Assembly: GCA_944358895.1 (NCBI GenBank)
Contig: CALVSB010000004.1
Location: 21,236 to 85,235 of the forward strand
DNA from: an uncultured Bacilli bacterium
Lineage (GTDB): Bacteria; Bacillota_I; Bacilli_A; RFN20; CAG-826
Reading direction: 5' to 3'
DNA: 64,000 bases
The notes under the pieces: model-generated
Database searches by the model: none
Seen by the model: only the letters and a program-made list of their open reading frames with translations
Told to the model about the DNA's origin: nothing
In this document: piece by piece, positions 62,796-64,000 of the stretch
How positions within the stretch are numbered: the stretch's first letter is position 1
How the letters are laid out: every line of letters starts with the position of its first letter
Translations under genes and position numbers: made by a program

Positions 62796-63359
62796 ATGAA
62801 CGAAGAGCGGCTCGAAAAAGCGATGGTCGCCTTGCAGAAAGGCGACGGGAACGCCCTCGCGGAGATCTACCAGATCACCAGCAAAGGGGTGTTTACTTTC
62901 GTTTTGCCGATTCTTCGCGATTACCAGCTGGCCGAAGACGTCATGCAGGACACCTATGTCAGCTGCTACGAGAACATCGCGAGCTACCGCCCGGGAACCA
63001 ATCCCCGGAACTGGCTCCTCACGATTGCCAAGAACACGGCTCTTTCGAAGCTGAGAAAGCGGAACAAGGAGCTTTCCTTCGACTTCGACAGCGAGCCCAA
63101 TGCCGGAGGCGTCTACTACCTCGGGGAAATCGACAGCCCGACGATCGCCTTGGCCAACAATGTCTTGGCCGAAGACGAATTCAACATCGTCATGATGTAC
63201 GCTATCGGCGGATACAAGCACAAGGAAATCGCTGAATTCCTGCACATGCCTTTGGGCACCGTCACCTGGAAATACGCGACCGCTCTCAAGAAACTCAGGA
63301 AGGCGCTGGCCGATGAAGAAAGTAAATACGCGCTCAAGAGGCAGCTCCAAAGCAACTAG
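62796..63359 (+). CDS. ECF RNA polymerase sigma factor
   Basis: LAEDVMQDTY, WLLTIAKN, YKHKEIAEFLHMPLGTV. Confidence 0.92.
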   Translation: MNEERLEKAMVALQKGDGNALAEIYQITSKGVFTFVLPILRDYQLAEDVMQDTYVSCYENIASYRPGTNPRNWLLTIAKNTALSKLRKRNKELSFDFDSEPNAGGVYYLGEIDSPTIALANNVLAEDEFNIVMMYAIGGYKHKEIAEFLHMPLGTVTWKYATALKKLRKALADEESKYALKRQLQSN

Positions 63360-64000
63360 CCGGAGTGCCGCCCTGGAGGCGCGCGCCAGACTCGAAAGGG
63401 AACAGGAAGAAGAGATTCTTTCCCTTCTCAGGAAAGAAGCCGATGCCTTCGTTCCCAACGTTTACCCTTACGTCAAGAAGAAGGCCGGGCTCCTAGCCCC
63501 GATCGAGACGCGGGAAGAGCTTTCGCTTACGGAAATCCTCGGAAACGAGGGGAACAAAATGGTTCCAGACCTCGAAAAGCTCATCTACCAAAAGACGGGC
63601 GCAAGGAAAAGCTTCCGCCTCGGCAACCATCTGAACTTCCGCCGGACGGCGACTGCCATCGGCACATGCCTGTCGACGGTTTTCGTCGTCGCGGCCGTCG
63701 TCACCGTAACCAGTGCCCTGCCGGCCGGCTCCGGCGCCCCCGGCGCCTTAATCCGCCTCTCGATCGCCCCGGCGTCGAGCCAGAACGCGGAAAGAAGCTT
63801 AAGCGAAGCGCCGGTCAATCCCTATAAGCCGGAATTCCTCTTAGTCCCGACTTCCGATGCCAAAATCTACCAAGAGGGATTCAGCCCGATGAATTTAAGC
63901 GCCACCTATGTCGTGGACCAGCTCGGCAGCCCCGATCGGGACGCCTTCTCGGTCGAAGAAGTGTTTTCGGCCCTTTTCGAAGGTTCCTACGAAAGTGGCT
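63313..64000 (+). CDS. Putative membrane-anchored anti-sigma factor (3' end outside window)
   Basis: Frame open from ATG 63313 to the window end; overlaps the sigma 3' end; one TM (AIGTCLSTVFVVAAVVTV). Confidence 0.65.
   Translation, partial: MKKVNTRSRGSSKATSRSAALEARARLEREQEEEILSLLRKEADAFVPNVYPYVKKKAGLLAPIETREELSLTEILGNEGNKMVPDLEKLIYQKTGARKSFRLGNHLNFRRTATAIGTCLSTVFVVAAVVTVTSALPAGSGAPGALIRLSIAPASSQNAERSLSEAPVNPYKPEFLLVPTSDAKIYQEGFSPMNLSATYVVDQLGSPDRDAFSVEEVFSALFEGSYESG

Overview
Core chromosomal segment of a high-GC bacterium using standard code 11 (TGA = stop). Gene order and Mollicutes-like sequence traits suggest an uncultured gut/rumen Bacilli lineage (RFN20/RF39-like; inference). About 41 kb is almost all minus strand: rpoC (partial)-rpoB-rsmC-like-rplL/J/A/K, an inserted ArsR + heavy-metal P1B ATPase pair, nusG-secE-rpmG-sigH-like-rlmB-MgtC-cysS, a trimeric [FeFe]-hydrogenase (HydABC), LemA/DUF3137, and the S10-spc-alpha cluster without rpmD. 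Next come a preQ1-riboswitch-led queuosine salvage cluster (queT-tgt-queA-queH), prs, nadE, rimK, mscL, class III RNR (nrdD-trxB, nrdG), tRNA-Ala(CGC), rmuC, a Y-family polymerase/YolD pair and an ECF sigma/anti-sigma pair. No CRISPR, IS or prophage was seen. The most unusual observations are: (1) NAD+ synthetase carries an N-terminal Phd/YefM antitoxin-type DNA-binding domain, with an inverted repeat over its own promoter and no toxin nearby; (2) about a dozen non-ribosomal genes look leaderless; (3) a tyrosine-phosphatase-Nudix fusion; (4) a SigH-like gene whose conserved-looking N-terminus lacks an ATG/GTG/TTG start; (5) histone-like or acidic extensions on ribosomal proteins; (6) an NrdD-glutaredoxin fusion with a structured leader. 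All family calls come from motif recognition by eye, not database searches.
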